From assembly GCA_012646185.1 (NCBI GenBank), contig GCA_012646185.1_4706.1: a DNA stretch of 64,000 nt. One strand, 5' to 3'. The position numbers and the translations under genes are program-made. The stretch's first letter is position 1. Each line of letters opens with the position of its first letter. Origin of the DNA: a phage. Shown one piece after another: positions 30,975 through 40,357 of the stretch. Below the pieces are notes generated by a model. That model was given only the letters and a program-made list of their open reading frames with translations. It did no database searches and was not told the origin of the DNA.

Positions 30975-31994
30975 TTACACCGCCACCTTAGCCTTGATAG
31001 CGGGATGTGATTGATATCCAACAAACACAAAGTCTTCGTAACAGTAATCCGTAATACTTTCCGGTTTACGTACGATTGTTAGCTTCGGTAATGGGTACGG
31101 CTCACGGCTGAGCTGCTCTTTAACCTGTTCGAAGTGGTTGTGATAGATGTGGCAATCTCCACCCGTCCACACGAACTCACCAACGTCCATATTCAGCTGT
31201 TGGGCAAGCATATGCGTCAGCAGTGAATATGATGCGATGTTAAAGGGAGTCCCTAAAACTGTGTCCTGTGATCTTGCGAGTAGCATGCATGATAAGGCGC
31301 GTGTCGGTACGCTGTGTGTATTCAACCAAAGTTCCGTTTCACTGTGTCGTACATCATCCGTAACCCACTGGGTTCTTAACACATCGTTGCGTTGAACATA
31401 ATCAACGCGTTCATCGATAGTGAGTTCGTGAGTGTAGAACTGATAGAAACTGTGGCATGCTGACAGCGCCATATCGTCTAAATCACCAACGTTCCATGCG
31501 CTAACGATGATCCGTCGAGAATCAGGATCTTCTTTGAGTTGACGCATCACGTTTGCGATTTGGTCGTGGTGTTTAACATACAAGAGATGTTTGACCATAC
31601 CGGCGTCAACAACACCGCAATACTCATAACCACGTTGCATCAAAGTACGGGTACGTTCTGTATCATGCGGAACAACCACTTTGTAGTCAATCCATTCTCG
31701 CCATTGTCTGCCGTAAATCGGTCCTAGATTCCCTTCCTTATCAGCCCATTCATTCCAGATACGAACACCGTTATCTTGAAGATAAGCAACGTTCGTATCA
31801 CCATTAAGAAACCAGAGCAGTTCGTGGATAACGCTCTTAAGGTGAATCTTCTTGGTGGTTACCAGCGGGAATCCTTTCTTCAAGTCAAAACGCATTTGAC
31901 GTCCGAATACGGAACGGGTTCCGGTACCTGTGCGGTCGGCCTTATCGCGACCATTATCCATGATGTCTTGCAAAAGGTCCAAATACTGTTTCAT
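30975..31994 (-). CDS. thyA: thymidylate synthase (ThyA family) carrying two in-frame insertions
   Basis: Near-identical blocks to E. coli ThyA: [63 protein letters not shown] (catalytic Cys present), [41 protein letters not shown]; 339 aa versus ~264. Confidence 0.85.
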   Translation of the reverse strand: MKQYLDLLQDIMDNGRDKADRTGTGTRSVFGRQMRFDLKKGFPLVTTKKIHLKSVIHELLWFLNGDTNVAYLQDNGVRIWNEWADKEGNLGPIYGRQWREWIDYKVVVPHDTERTRTLMQRGYEYCGVVDAGMVKHLLYVKHHDQIANVMRQLKEDPDSRRIIVSAWNVGDLDDMALSACHSFYQFYTHELTIDERVDYVQRNDVLRTQWVTDDVRHSETELWLNTHSVPTRALSCMLLARSQDTVLGTPFNIASYSLLTHMLAQQLNMDVGEFVWTGGDCHIYHNHFEQVKEQLSREPYPLPKLTIVRKPESITDYCYEDFVFVGYQSHPAIKAKVAV

Positions 31995-32194
31995 TTTAAT
32001 CCTCTAAGTGTTTCAAGTAGTTCCTGAAATTTATAACGATATTTAGGATTGCTTAACGTGTAGCAGCAGCCATGTACCACGTTATACGCGTAATCAACTT
32101 GTAAACCACGAACCTTCGGATCCAATGATAGATTCAACGGCGCATCATCAAAAATCCACGCTTCAATGTTCTTCTTGGATTCCTTCGTTAACAT
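31991..32194 (-). CDS. hypothetical protein (67 aa)
   Basis: Short ORF, 4-nt overlap with thyA. Confidence 0.4.
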   Translation of the reverse strand: MLTKESKKNIEAWIFDDAPLNLSLDPKVRGLQVDYAYNVVHGCCYTLSNPKYRYKFQELLETLRGLK

Positions 32195-32317
32195 CGTTTT
32201 TCACCTCGTCGTAAAAGTAAATAGAGTTTTGTCGAGACGCCCTAATTACTTACAACGTCGGTTCTCCCGGCTTCAGAGAATTCTTAAAATCCGTTAGTTT
32301 TGATAGATAGGGTAAGA

Positions 32318-32347
32318 CGGCATAAGAGCCTCCCATTACGGGAGGCT
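32318..32347 (-). promoter_or_regulatory. GC hairpin (agcctccc/gggaggct) followed on minus strand by CTTATGCCG box
   Basis: Arms 32327-32334 and 32340-32347; box identical to that at 17711-17719. Confidence 0.4.
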
Positions 32348-32359
32348 TCATTAATCGGC

Positions 32360-32908
32360 TTATTTCACAAGAACAGCGAATTCGAGAACATAAATAGCTT
32401 CATCGTCCATCGGATTTGTTGTGGTATAACCAGCGAAGCAATAGCCCATATCCACGATAAACTCGCTAAGTTTATCGATGACTGATGCCCCGATACGATC
32501 GTCAACAGACAGGCGACATTTACGGGTTATGTTTTGCCCGCGAGGAACGCCAGCTAACACGGATAGGAAATGTACGATCCGGTTATTGGTTGCGAACTGC
32601 ATGTAATCATCGTAGTACTTAAGGTCTTTCATCGCAGACTCTACCGTCATACGACGACCAGGTGACACATACTCAGAATAAGAATAAGCTGCGATCGTAC
32701 GACGATCTTCAGTAAGGTAAGTATTCCCTTCGGGATGATAACTCTCGACTGTTCCGTCTTCATGGGTGACGGTCACAACAGGTGCGCCGTACTCATCGCG
32801 ACCGAAATCAATTTTACATTTATCCGAAAGCGGTAGAACCGTACAAGGCTTTGCACTGTTCTCATCAGGGAGATCGTAACCACTCATCATTTTCAAGAAC
32901 ATAGACAT
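32360..32908 (-). CDS. hypothetical protein (182 aa), tandem paralog A
   Basis: Shares MSxFxKxM...D.N.AKP.T...F.RD..G.P...THED...TIAAYSYS pattern with 32993-33526. Confidence 0.55.
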   Translation of the reverse strand: MSMFLKMMSGYDLPDENSAKPCTVLPLSDKCKIDFGRDEYGAPVVTVTHEDGTVESYHPEGNTYLTEDRRTIAAYSYSEYVSPGRRMTVESAMKDLKYYDDYMQFATNNRIVHFLSVLAGVPRGQNITRKCRLSVDDRIGASVIDKLSEFIVDMGYCFAGYTTTNPMDDEAIYVLEFAVLVK

Positions 32909-32992
32909 AATAGAACCTCATGATAATAGATAATAGAAATGATAGATAGTACAACAAATTGAGGGGTATTATCCCACCCCTCGTAGGGATTA

Positions 32993-33526
32993 CTACTTAA
33001 CGATCGCGATGATTTTGCCACCCGCACCGGCGTAATATGCCGTTAACTTACCAGTAAACAACTCTTGTAAAAGACGATTTACGTTACTAACAAAATTAGG
33101 ATTGTCCGATTTTACAAAATCGATGTTTCGCGTTTGTTTTATATCACGATCGATTAAACGGATTTCCAACAACGCACAAATAAGGCGATCGTCGAGTTTA
33201 CCACTCGCATCCAGCACTTCCCCATACTTCGTAGCACGGACGTCCGCATACATACGGTCAACATCATCCTTCCCAAAACCACAGGAATAGGCATACGTTG
33301 CGATGGTGTTACCATTGTCCATCACATAAACGTTACCACCTGGGTAATCGATAAATCGTTGATCCTTATCACCATGAGTGACGAACTCCAGTGTCGGTCT
33401 ACCTAGTGAATCACGATTGAATTCGATAGTTGTCAAACGGTCAGGCACCACATGTAACGTAAACGGTTTTGCATTGTTACGATCGCTAGTATCGCAGTTA
33501 CCCATTACTTTTACGATAACACTCAT
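32993..33526 (-). CDS. hypothetical protein (177 aa), tandem paralog B
   Basis: Paralog of 32360-32908; AAGGAA before ATG. Confidence 0.55.
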   Translation of the reverse strand: MSVIVKVMGNCDTSDRNNAKPFTLHVVPDRLTTIEFNRDSLGRPTLEFVTHGDKDQRFIDYPGGNVYVMDNGNTIATYAYSCGFGKDDVDRMYADVRATKYGEVLDASGKLDDRLICALLEIRLIDRDIKQTRNIDFVKSDNPNFVSNVNRLLQELFTGKLTAYYAGAGGKIIAIVK

Positions 33527-33600
33527 GTTTTATTCCTTAGTAGTCCTAGTAGTAGTATTGAGGAATTTCACCTCATTAGATAGTCTATTTTGGTAATGTT

Positions 33601-33900
33601 TTACTGAAACAAGACATTAAATTCGACAAGATACCCATCGGATCTATCGCCCCGATAACGGTTGCAGAAAACACCGAATTTCATCAAGAACTCACATAGC
33701 TCTTCGGCTTTGTATAACGGAATACGATTTTCGTCGAGCAGAGGGCAACTATGGCTAACCCGCTCCGACGAATCAACGCAACACAAATAAAGAAGGAACC
33801 GAACAATAGCTCGGTTCTTAGTAAAGCTCTCGAATTCACCCACAGTTCTGAACTCATCGAGGAGCTTTGTCGTTTTCTTCAATCGTTCACGATCGAGCAT
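33601..33900 (-). CDS. hypothetical protein (99 aa)
   Basis: ORF with TGAGGT before ATG at 33900. Confidence 0.45.
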   Translation of the reverse strand: MLDRERLKKTTKLLDEFRTVGEFESFTKNRAIVRFLLYLCCVDSSERVSHSCPLLDENRIPLYKAEELCEFLMKFGVFCNRYRGDRSDGYLVEFNVLFQ

Positions 33901-33913
33901 GTTAACCTCAATA

Positions 33914-33954
33914 CGAACATAACCCTCCTCCTTCCCTTACGGGTTGGAGGAGGG
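33914..33954 (-). promoter_or_regulatory. extended GC hairpin (ccctcctcc/ggaggaggg with inner ccc/ggg stem) followed on minus strand by TTATGTTCG
   Basis: Inverted repeat 33923-33931/33946-33954; the following ATG is out of frame with the downstream gene. Confidence 0.4.
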
Positions 33955-33963
33955 GATATACTG

Positions 33964-34278
33964 TTATTCTGTTTTCGGTGTTGAACCGTTCTTCTTGAAG
34001 TCGGATTCGTATTTCACGTTAGAATCGAGAACCTCACGAACGGTTTTATCTGTACAACCACGGGCGACGTATGCATTAAGATCGTCGCGTAATTTACGCA
34101 TCGTTGTTTTATCCGCATCAGAAACATCTGACTTGGTAAGACGGAATGCAATTGCATCACGAACTTTATTCAGCGTTGCTGGATTATTACGCTGCTCTGC
34201 AAATACCGCTTTGATGAATGTACCGCTATCTTTCGAAGCGATGGCTGCATCAAGAATTTCAATATGCTTTTCAGACAT
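33964..34278 (-). CDS. hypothetical protein (104 aa)
   Basis: ORF, co-oriented. Confidence 0.45.
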   Translation of the reverse strand: MSEKHIEILDAAIASKDSGTFIKAVFAEQRNNPATLNKVRDAIAFRLTKSDVSDADKTTMRKLRDDLNAYVARGCTDKTVREVLDSNVKYESDFKKNGSTPKTE

Positions 34279-34329
34279 CTTCTTTCCTTTAATAAACGAT
34301 CATCGTCATATTCATTGCGCAGGATGCTA

Positions 34330-35655
34330 TCACTTCAAAAGCTTAGACACCGCCATGCTTCGCGCCATCGCAACGTCATACGCATCCATGATCGCGTCAC
34401 CGATAGCGGTATGACGGATCAACGGAATACCCATATCTGGATACTCTTTGGTGCCTAAGATGGATACCGGTTTGTCTTGATACGCGGCAACCATCGAACG
34501 AATATCCTGAACCTGGTTATAACGGCAGATTGGTTTGAAGCCCGCTTTACGGAACCAATGCTCTAATTGCGGCCAATCTGTTTCACCACGAGCAAGATAA
34601 TAGAAGGTATCTTTACCGTAGTATTCGGTCATTTTGTCACGAATACTGTTGACGAACGCATTTACTTCGGCGATGGCTTCTTTATAACCCATTGCCTTAC
34701 AATGTTGAAAACAATAGTCGCGCGCTTCCTTTGGTGCTTTGGTTTGCCACCATTCTACTGTTGATTCACTGATACGACCACCGTCAGCGATTTGACCATG
34801 AACGTCAGGGAAGATATCTATACGCGGACCGTTAACAATGGATTCTGGATTAGCCAGATCGAAGAACACGATACCGATTTCCAGCAATACTCCATTCTTT
34901 TCCAGACTAAGGTTTTCAACATCTAAACAAAATGCGGGCTTCTCTACCGCTAACGGCTCGAACGAATGGTTGCTGGTATCCGATTCGGTTTTAAGTTCGA
35001 CGACAGCCGGATCGGTATCCGTAGGTTTCAGTTCTACTACAGCATCATCGAGTCCCGATAACGAAAAATAGTCTTCGAAGAAATCGGATATCGTCATACC
35101 ATGCAAATTGATATCGCAATCTTCCAACCATTGCTTCAACTGGTGCTCACCGGCATGAATCGCTAAACGGCACGGTCCGGAACGATCATCTAGCGCTGCA
35201 TCGATCCAGAAGAAAGCGCGTATAAGTAAGTAAGGATTATACTCCGCGATGATTTCTTGGCTAGCCGAGAAATCGTACACCATTAGTTGTATTATTCCCT
35301 TACGCGTGTTATACGGATCAACTTTCAATCGACGCACTATTTCTTCTACGAATTCCAACGCGCGCGTGTACGAGGTGGACCCACCTTGTTCATACGAACA
35401 TATACCCGTCAAAAGTTCCTTATAGGACGCATATGGAACCATAGGCGATAATTTGTACGACAGTTCAGTATTGTAATTATCGCATAATTTCTTCGGGGCG
35501 ATAGCATCCTGTATCGCTGTAATAAACGCCGGTCCATCAATATCAAACAACCATCCTTGACGCCGGTATGCAGTGTACCGTAATAACGCACCGATAACTG
35601 CCTGGGGCGGTGTATATTCTTTCCCGTTAATTTCAAACAGTAGTTTGCTCATCAT
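34330..35655 (-). CDS. protein with C-terminal DEDDh 3'-5' exonuclease domain (DnaQ/RNase T-like) and unknown N-terminal domain
   Basis: Exo I-like FCLDVENLSL, central YYLARGETDW, Exo III-like HTAIGDAIMDAYDV in the C-terminal ~190 aa. Confidence 0.6.
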   Translation of the reverse strand: MMSKLLFEINGKEYTPPQAVIGALLRYTAYRRQGWLFDIDGPAFITAIQDAIAPKKLCDNYNTELSYKLSPMVPYASYKELLTGICSYEQGGSTSYTRALEFVEEIVRRLKVDPYNTRKGIIQLMVYDFSASQEIIAEYNPYLLIRAFFWIDAALDDRSGPCRLAIHAGEHQLKQWLEDCDINLHGMTISDFFEDYFSLSGLDDAVVELKPTDTDPAVVELKTESDTSNHSFEPLAVEKPAFCLDVENLSLEKNGVLLEIGIVFFDLANPESIVNGPRIDIFPDVHGQIADGGRISESTVEWWQTKAPKEARDYCFQHCKAMGYKEAIAEVNAFVNSIRDKMTEYYGKDTFYYLARGETDWPQLEHWFRKAGFKPICRYNQVQDIRSMVAAYQDKPVSILGTKEYPDMGIPLIRHTAIGDAIMDAYDVAMARSMAVSKLLK

Positions 35656-35667
35656 AACACCTTTTCA

Positions 35668-36003
35668 TTATTCTGGTTTATCTGTTGTCAGGCCGAGTCC
35701 GGTCAATATCACGTAATCATACCACGCTTTTACTTCTGCTTTCGCTTCATCTAAACTGAATGCGTTGATGTGCGGAAACTCATCGTTGACTGGGAAAGGT
35801 AAATCGCAGTCGTAGCTTGTATCGTCTTTCCAACCTTTCCATTCGATCGTTAGGGAACCAAAAACGGTCTCAGCGACAACATGATTATAGCGACAGTTTT
35901 CACACGGTGCGTGCTCTTCCGACCACACAAGCTCATGCTGCGCTAAAAGTTGTTGTACAACCGATAATGGTTGCTCTTCATTAAGTTCGATACTGTCTAT
36001 CAT
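35668..36003 (-). CDS. hypothetical protein (111 aa)
   Basis: ORF, co-oriented. Confidence 0.45.
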   Translation of the reverse strand: MIDSIELNEEQPLSVVQQLLAQHELVWSEEHAPCENCRYNHVVAETVFGSLTIEWKGWKDDTSYDCDLPFPVNDEFPHINAFSLDEAKAEVKAWYDYVILTGLGLTTDKPE

Positions 36004-36596
36004 CGCATACCCTCCTTTTCCTTATCGTAATCGCTGCAAATATTGACAAACGCAGTATTATCAGACAGCGTGGCGACCATCTGACGGATTGCGACCAATG
36101 GTTCAAGTTTAGGATTGATTGATTCACCGGTCAACGCGCTTATTGCTCGTGTGATCTCAACCAAATCAACGTTCGGGTCTTTGTCATCAATAATGAGTAA
36201 ACTCTTCGCCGGTTTCTGACGACGTTTGATGATCAACAAATACGTGATGAGGTTCTCACGCCAAGCATCAGAATCCAGATTGCGTATCAGGGTTAACGCG
36301 CGACGCTCTTCCGCCCATGATGGTTTCTCACGGATAACAGGCATGTAAGATAATTGCTCAGCAAGCCCTTTCAAACTGACACGGTTGGTGCCACCGGGAT
36401 GCTCACTAATCCGCAACATCTCGGTTAACAGACGGACATAGGCGGCTGTTGTCGAAACACCCCTCAGCGGCAGGAACACATTATGTCCTGGAACCCCATC
36501 GTGACTCAGCGGTGCGATATACGCCATGAATCGCCGAATATCATCATCGGTCTGTTCTCCAGCAACGAACTTAAACGCTTCACGTAAAACGCTCAC
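36000..36596 (-). CDS. hypothetical protein (198 aa)
   Basis: ORF, 4-nt overlap. Confidence 0.5.
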   Translation of the reverse strand: MSVLREAFKFVAGEQTDDDIRRFMAYIAPLSHDGVPGHNVFLPLRGVSTTAAYVRLLTEMLRISEHPGGTNRVSLKGLAEQLSYMPVIREKPSWAEERRALTLIRNLDSDAWRENLITYLLIIKRRQKPAKSLLIIDDKDPNVDLVEITRAISALTGESINPKLEPLVAIRQMVATLSDNTAFVNICSDYDKEKEGMR

Positions 36597-36882
36597 TATG
36601 AAGTCTCCTTAATGTTTCTTGCATGCGTAGTCTCTTCGGCAGAAATAGACGTTTGTATAGATCGATTAACAGATAACGCATAACGGAAGCAACCACCAGG
36701 TATTCGCCTTCGGCTTCCGAGTAGCGTATCATGTTAATCGGATAGTTCAAATAAGAATAAGAAAAGAGATCATCGTTGGTGAGGTGATGATCTTCAAGAT
36801 ACTGACGAAACAATTCTGCTAAGGCATCGTACTCCATTCCGTAGTAACACAACGATACCTGTCTTACCGACAGTCGTTTCAT
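36580..36882 (-). CDS. hypothetical protein (100 aa)
   Basis: ORF, overlaps neighbours. Confidence 0.4.
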   Translation of the reverse strand: MKRLSVRQVSLCYYGMEYDALAELFRQYLEDHHLTNDDLFSYSYLNYPINMIRYSEAEGEYLVVASVMRYLLIDLYKRLFLPKRLRMQETLRRLHSERFT

Positions 36883-37721
36883 GCTGGGTTACCTTTTAGT
36901 TTTCCGCGTATCATGTCAACAACGCGTGAGGGATCAGAAATAACATTGGCGATAAGATGATCGATAGGTAGGTCGAGAATGATATTCTTCAGCTGGAAAG
37001 CCGTATCTTTACGACGCACGCCATAGAACACACCATCTTTAAACACAACCTCGTACGAAATGGGGAGCTGGCTAATAACCGTGTTAGCGTAATCACCCAA
37101 CCACATCGACCCCGCCATCAGATGCGCACAAACCGCATGACTAATACGCACATCTTTGTTCTTCCGGCTAACGTCTTTGGTTTTCGACATGGTGACCAGA
37201 AGCTCGCTGATCTTACTCAACATATCGTCGTATACCCCAAAGAACTTAATCAGTTGTCGGGCACCTAACGATATATATGTTTCCCGTGGTAAGACACAAC
37301 ACACCTGCGGTAACGTTCCAACCCCATAAACACAACTGTGTGGCGATAATGGGAGCAAATCAGCAACCGCGTTTTTGATGTTGTTATACTCAACGATATC
37401 ATTGAACGGTGAAAGGCCTTTCGTAATCGGTTTATCAATCGCCACATCGAACTCCGCGAACGTCCATGCTGCTTTACGTGGTTCCGCTTTCTGGTACGGT
37501 GGAGCCAGTACCGCGACAACGCGAAGCCGATGTTCATGGGTATCACGCAGCTTAAGTTGGATACCCTCATCGTCACCCTCACGCACAAGTGAGTAGCGGC
37601 TTGCGCAGTCATCACATACCACCGTTGGTTCGTGTTGACCGTATGCTGCAAGCATCGGTTTACTAAGATCTTTATCACAGTGTTTACAGCGATGATCCTG
37701 TTCCTGATAACTAATTTTCAC
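36879..37721 (-). CDS. hypothetical protein with N-terminal Cys4 zinc-ribbon (280 aa)
   Basis: CKHCDKD...VVCDDCASRY near N-terminus. Confidence 0.55.
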   Translation of the reverse strand: MKISYQEQDHRCKHCDKDLSKPMLAAYGQHEPTVVCDDCASRYSLVREGDDEGIQLKLRDTHEHRLRVVAVLAPPYQKAEPRKAAWTFAEFDVAIDKPITKGLSPFNDIVEYNNIKNAVADLLPLSPHSCVYGVGTLPQVCCVLPRETYISLGARQLIKFFGVYDDMLSKISELLVTMSKTKDVSRKNKDVRISHAVCAHLMAGSMWLGDYANTVISQLPISYEVVFKDGVFYGVRRKDTAFQLKNIILDLPIDHLIANVISDPSRVVDMIRGKLKGNPA

Positions 37722-37736
37722 ACCGAGACCCCTTTG

Positions 37737-38693
37737 TTAATGCAAGACACGATCTGCTGGAATTATCGAAGCATTGCTGTCGGACAGATTCGTCGCTTTA
37801 CGATCAGGACTGAATCGACGAGCGTTCTCTTCATGGTAGTTGACAGGGTTATCCTGTTTTAACAGTTCCATTGCCTCATCAAACGTTAGTTCCCGAAATC
37901 CTCTTGGATAGAGGAACAGGGGTTCATCAACATCCAGCCCTTTAACAAACCCGTGCGACAACCAGACACTACCATCAGCACTGTAAAGAACCGGCTCAAC
38001 GTCATAATCCAAGACGTATTGATACCAATAATTAAACAGTTGAGCAATCCACCGATTACGTAATAAGTAATCGATCGTAACCGCACTACGCACGCTGTGG
38101 CACCAGCCGATCTTACCATCAACTTTCTGCAGCAACGTACCCTCATTTGCTTGATGAATAACCGCATTAAATAACCACGCGAGATCGGTTGCGAAAAGTG
38201 CGGCTTCTTGAATATCGCTAATGTAACGCATGGGTATCGTCAGATGCGTGCGGTAATGTGACATTGCCTCTTCGTAGTTGTCTCCTTCGATGCAGAGAGT
38301 CCCGTTTGGCGACAGATGTCCCTGATTCAACGACTGACCAATATAAAGATCAGCGATCGCGTTAATATATTCGACGGTGCCCAAGGTTAACTCAGACATA
38401 AAACAATCGACATCAACAGCCATCGATGTGCTGGAAACAAACGGATTGGTTGGGCGAGTTGTATTAGAGAAAATAATCGACCAAATCGCTTCGTGTTTTT
38501 CATCCGATGGCAAAAACGAAATATGGCGTTCTGCGCTATTATCGACAACAAATACCTTAACGGTTTTCAAACAGCTAGTACAAACATAGCACGTGTTCGG
38601 CAACGGCATATCCGAAAACATATCGTAACGAATCGATGCCAACGAAATGTCATGTCCGCAATGAGGGCATGTCGTATCAATAAGCGTTTTCAT
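37737..38693 (-). CDS. hypothetical protein with N-terminal Cys4 zinc-ribbon (318 aa)
   Basis: TCPHCGHD...CYVCTSCLKT near N-terminus. Confidence 0.55.
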   Translation of the reverse strand: MKTLIDTTCPHCGHDISLASIRYDMFSDMPLPNTCYVCTSCLKTVKVFVVDNSAERHISFLPSDEKHEAIWSIIFSNTTRPTNPFVSSTSMAVDVDCFMSELTLGTVEYINAIADLYIGQSLNQGHLSPNGTLCIEGDNYEEAMSHYRTHLTIPMRYISDIQEAALFATDLAWLFNAVIHQANEGTLLQKVDGKIGWCHSVRSAVTIDYLLRNRWIAQLFNYWYQYVLDYDVEPVLYSADGSVWLSHGFVKGLDVDEPLFLYPRGFRELTFDEAMELLKQDNPVNYHEENARRFSPDRKATNLSDSNASIIPADRVLH

Positions 38694-38923
38694 TATTGAA
38701 TTCCTTTTGATAAGAATAACTGAATATCGGTAAACTGTTCTTCAGGAACATCGTCAGCAGCCGTTAGAACCTTAGAGCCATGTTCATTGAGGTAAGCTTC
38801 CCGTAGACAACGATGACGTCGATTGGCTTCCTGGAACTCAGTGTCCGTCATGTAAACCAGCGTAAACTTCGAACGTTTATTCGGATTGTATCTCTTATTA
38901 CGTTTCTTTGGTTTCTTCGCCAT
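38693..38923 (-). CDS. small basic protein (~76 aa)
   Basis: Start moved to ATG 38923 (MAKKPKKRNKRYNPNKRSK) with GAGG SD; the track start lies in hairpin 38938-38961. Confidence 0.4.
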   Translation of the reverse strand: MAKKPKKRNKRYNPNKRSKFTLVYMTDTEFQEANRRHRCLREAYLNEHGSKVLTAADDVPEEQFTDIQLFLSKGIQ

Positions 38924-38937
38924 AATAGCCTCGTGAA

Positions 38938-38961
38938 GGTGGATGGGCACACCCATCCACC
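38938..38961 (-). terminator. 10-bp GC hairpin ggtggatggg/cccatccacc with 4-nt loop
   Basis: Perfect inverted repeat between stop of 38987-39493 and start of 38693-38923. Confidence 0.45.
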
Positions 38962-38986
38962 TTCCTCCATGTTAAAGTGCGTTCAT

Positions 38987-39493
38987 TTATTCAGGTGTAC
39001 GTACGGTACGCGTGTTGGGATCAACCATTGCTGGCACACCCGCTGGACATTTACGGACATCGATCCGCATCTCCGGCTCGATCGGACGAACGCGATACGT
39101 TTTGCCGTCATCGGTTAACACCGAAATGGTCAACGCTTGGTTCAATTCACTAACGAAGCTCACCAAACGCTGTTGTCCGCCCTTCGACCAGAAGTTAAGA
39201 TCGGTTTCTCCATTGAAATAACTGATTCCATCAGCGGTTCCAATCGTGATTTTAACGATACCTGGATAGTCACGAAGAAGAGGTGCCTGATAACCTTCAT
39301 CTTCCGTATCCAGTTTTACCCACGCGCCTCCCGTAGACAAGCAGTTAACTTCCAAGGCGGTTGGTGCACTGACTTCTGCTGATGACCAGGTATACATCGT
39401 GCCTAGTTTAGCGTGTCCAGTTTCCAGTTCGCTATAATCCCAAGCATGTGCTGAAGCCGCAATAAACAAAGTCGCAAGAAACAACTTTTTCAT
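38987..39493 (-). CDS. secreted protein (168 aa)
   Basis: Signal-peptide-like N-terminus MKKLFLATLFIAASAHA. Confidence 0.5.
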   Translation of the reverse strand: MKKLFLATLFIAASAHAWDYSELETGHAKLGTMYTWSSAEVSAPTALEVNCLSTGGAWVKLDTEDEGYQAPLLRDYPGIVKITIGTADGISYFNGETDLNFWSKGGQQRLVSFVSELNQALTISVLTDDGKTYRVRPIEPEMRIDVRKCPAGVPAMVDPNTRTVRTPE

Positions 39494-39547
39494 TCTTTCG
39501 ATTCCTATTAAAAGTGACCGATTTCTGTGGTCGAGATTGCTAATAAA

Positions 39548-40009
39548 TTAATTCCGGTTTTGTTTCCGTATTGCACGGTTACGTTTACGTTCTTGGTCTT
39601 TGACTGTACCAAGAAACTTCTTTAATTCTGACGGTTCGAGCGTACCCTCACGTACCACACCGTTTTGTTCGATATGGTACGACCAATAACCAACTTCAGC
39701 CGTTAAGGATAACGTTGTCGGTTGTTCGTCAGGTAACGATCGGGGTGAGAAAATAAAGAGTAATTCAAAAGGCGTTTCTCGGCTGATGGTGGGGCGGATA
39801 CTCACATCAAGTCCCTCCCATCGCTGAGGTTTAAATATTCCTCCGGCGGCGATGATTGTCTCCGAGCGCTGGTCTACAAGCTCAGCTAATTCACGATCAT
39901 CGTTGAAATAAATATCGTGAAGGATATCCGTATCGATAAAAAACCCGCGATCCGAATCGTGACGAACAATGGAATTCTTCATTCTAACGCCTTTATTGTT
40001 TGTTTTCAT
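39548..40009 (-). CDS. hypothetical protein (153 aa)
   Basis: ORF, co-oriented. Confidence 0.5.
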   Translation of the reverse strand: MKTNNKGVRMKNSIVRHDSDRGFFIDTDILHDIYFNDDRELAELVDQRSETIIAAGGIFKPQRWEGLDVSIRPTISRETPFELLFIFSPRSLPDEQPTTLSLTAEVGYWSYHIEQNGVVREGTLEPSELKKFLGTVKDQERKRNRAIRKQNRN

Positions 40010-40056
40010 GTCCTATACGAACATGAAAAACCGTTAATTTTTACCGTAGTCGTGTG

Positions 40057-40332
40057 TTAAAAATCCACGCCGCGACCCGTCATCGACGAAGGAACCGCGC
40101 GATAATAGAAGTAGATGTAATGGTCACGATGGCTAAAACAGTTTTTGCAAGCATAGAACTCTCCAGATCCAATGAATGATTTAATACGTGTAACTTGAGG
40201 GTGTCGTGTGAGTAACGCCTGTAGAACGATTTCCATTTGGTGTGCGCTCAAACCAGGTCGAGCTGCAACATGATAATGAAGCTCCTTAAGAAATCGCTTC
40301 CAGGGGTCAGGTTGTGTCGATGATCGAGACAT
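40057..40332 (-). CDS. hypothetical protein (91 aa)
   Basis: ORF with AAGGAGATAAAG before ATG at 40332. Confidence 0.4.
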   Translation of the reverse strand: MSRSSTQPDPWKRFLKELHYHVAARPGLSAHQMEIVLQALLTRHPQVTRIKSFIGSGEFYACKNCFSHRDHYIYFYYRAVPSSMTGRGVDF

Positions 40333-40357
40333 CTTTATCTCCTTAACGGGTGCTGGT

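Noticed and set aside
30975-31994. Self-splicing intron in the thymidylate synthase gene, as in some phage td genes
   Set aside because: The extra sequence is translated in frame without stops and the ORF is continuous, so these are protein insertions.
37265-37678. Minus-strand ORF of 137 aa
   Set aside because: Nested in another frame inside the 280-aa zinc-ribbon gene; composition typical of an off-frame artefact.
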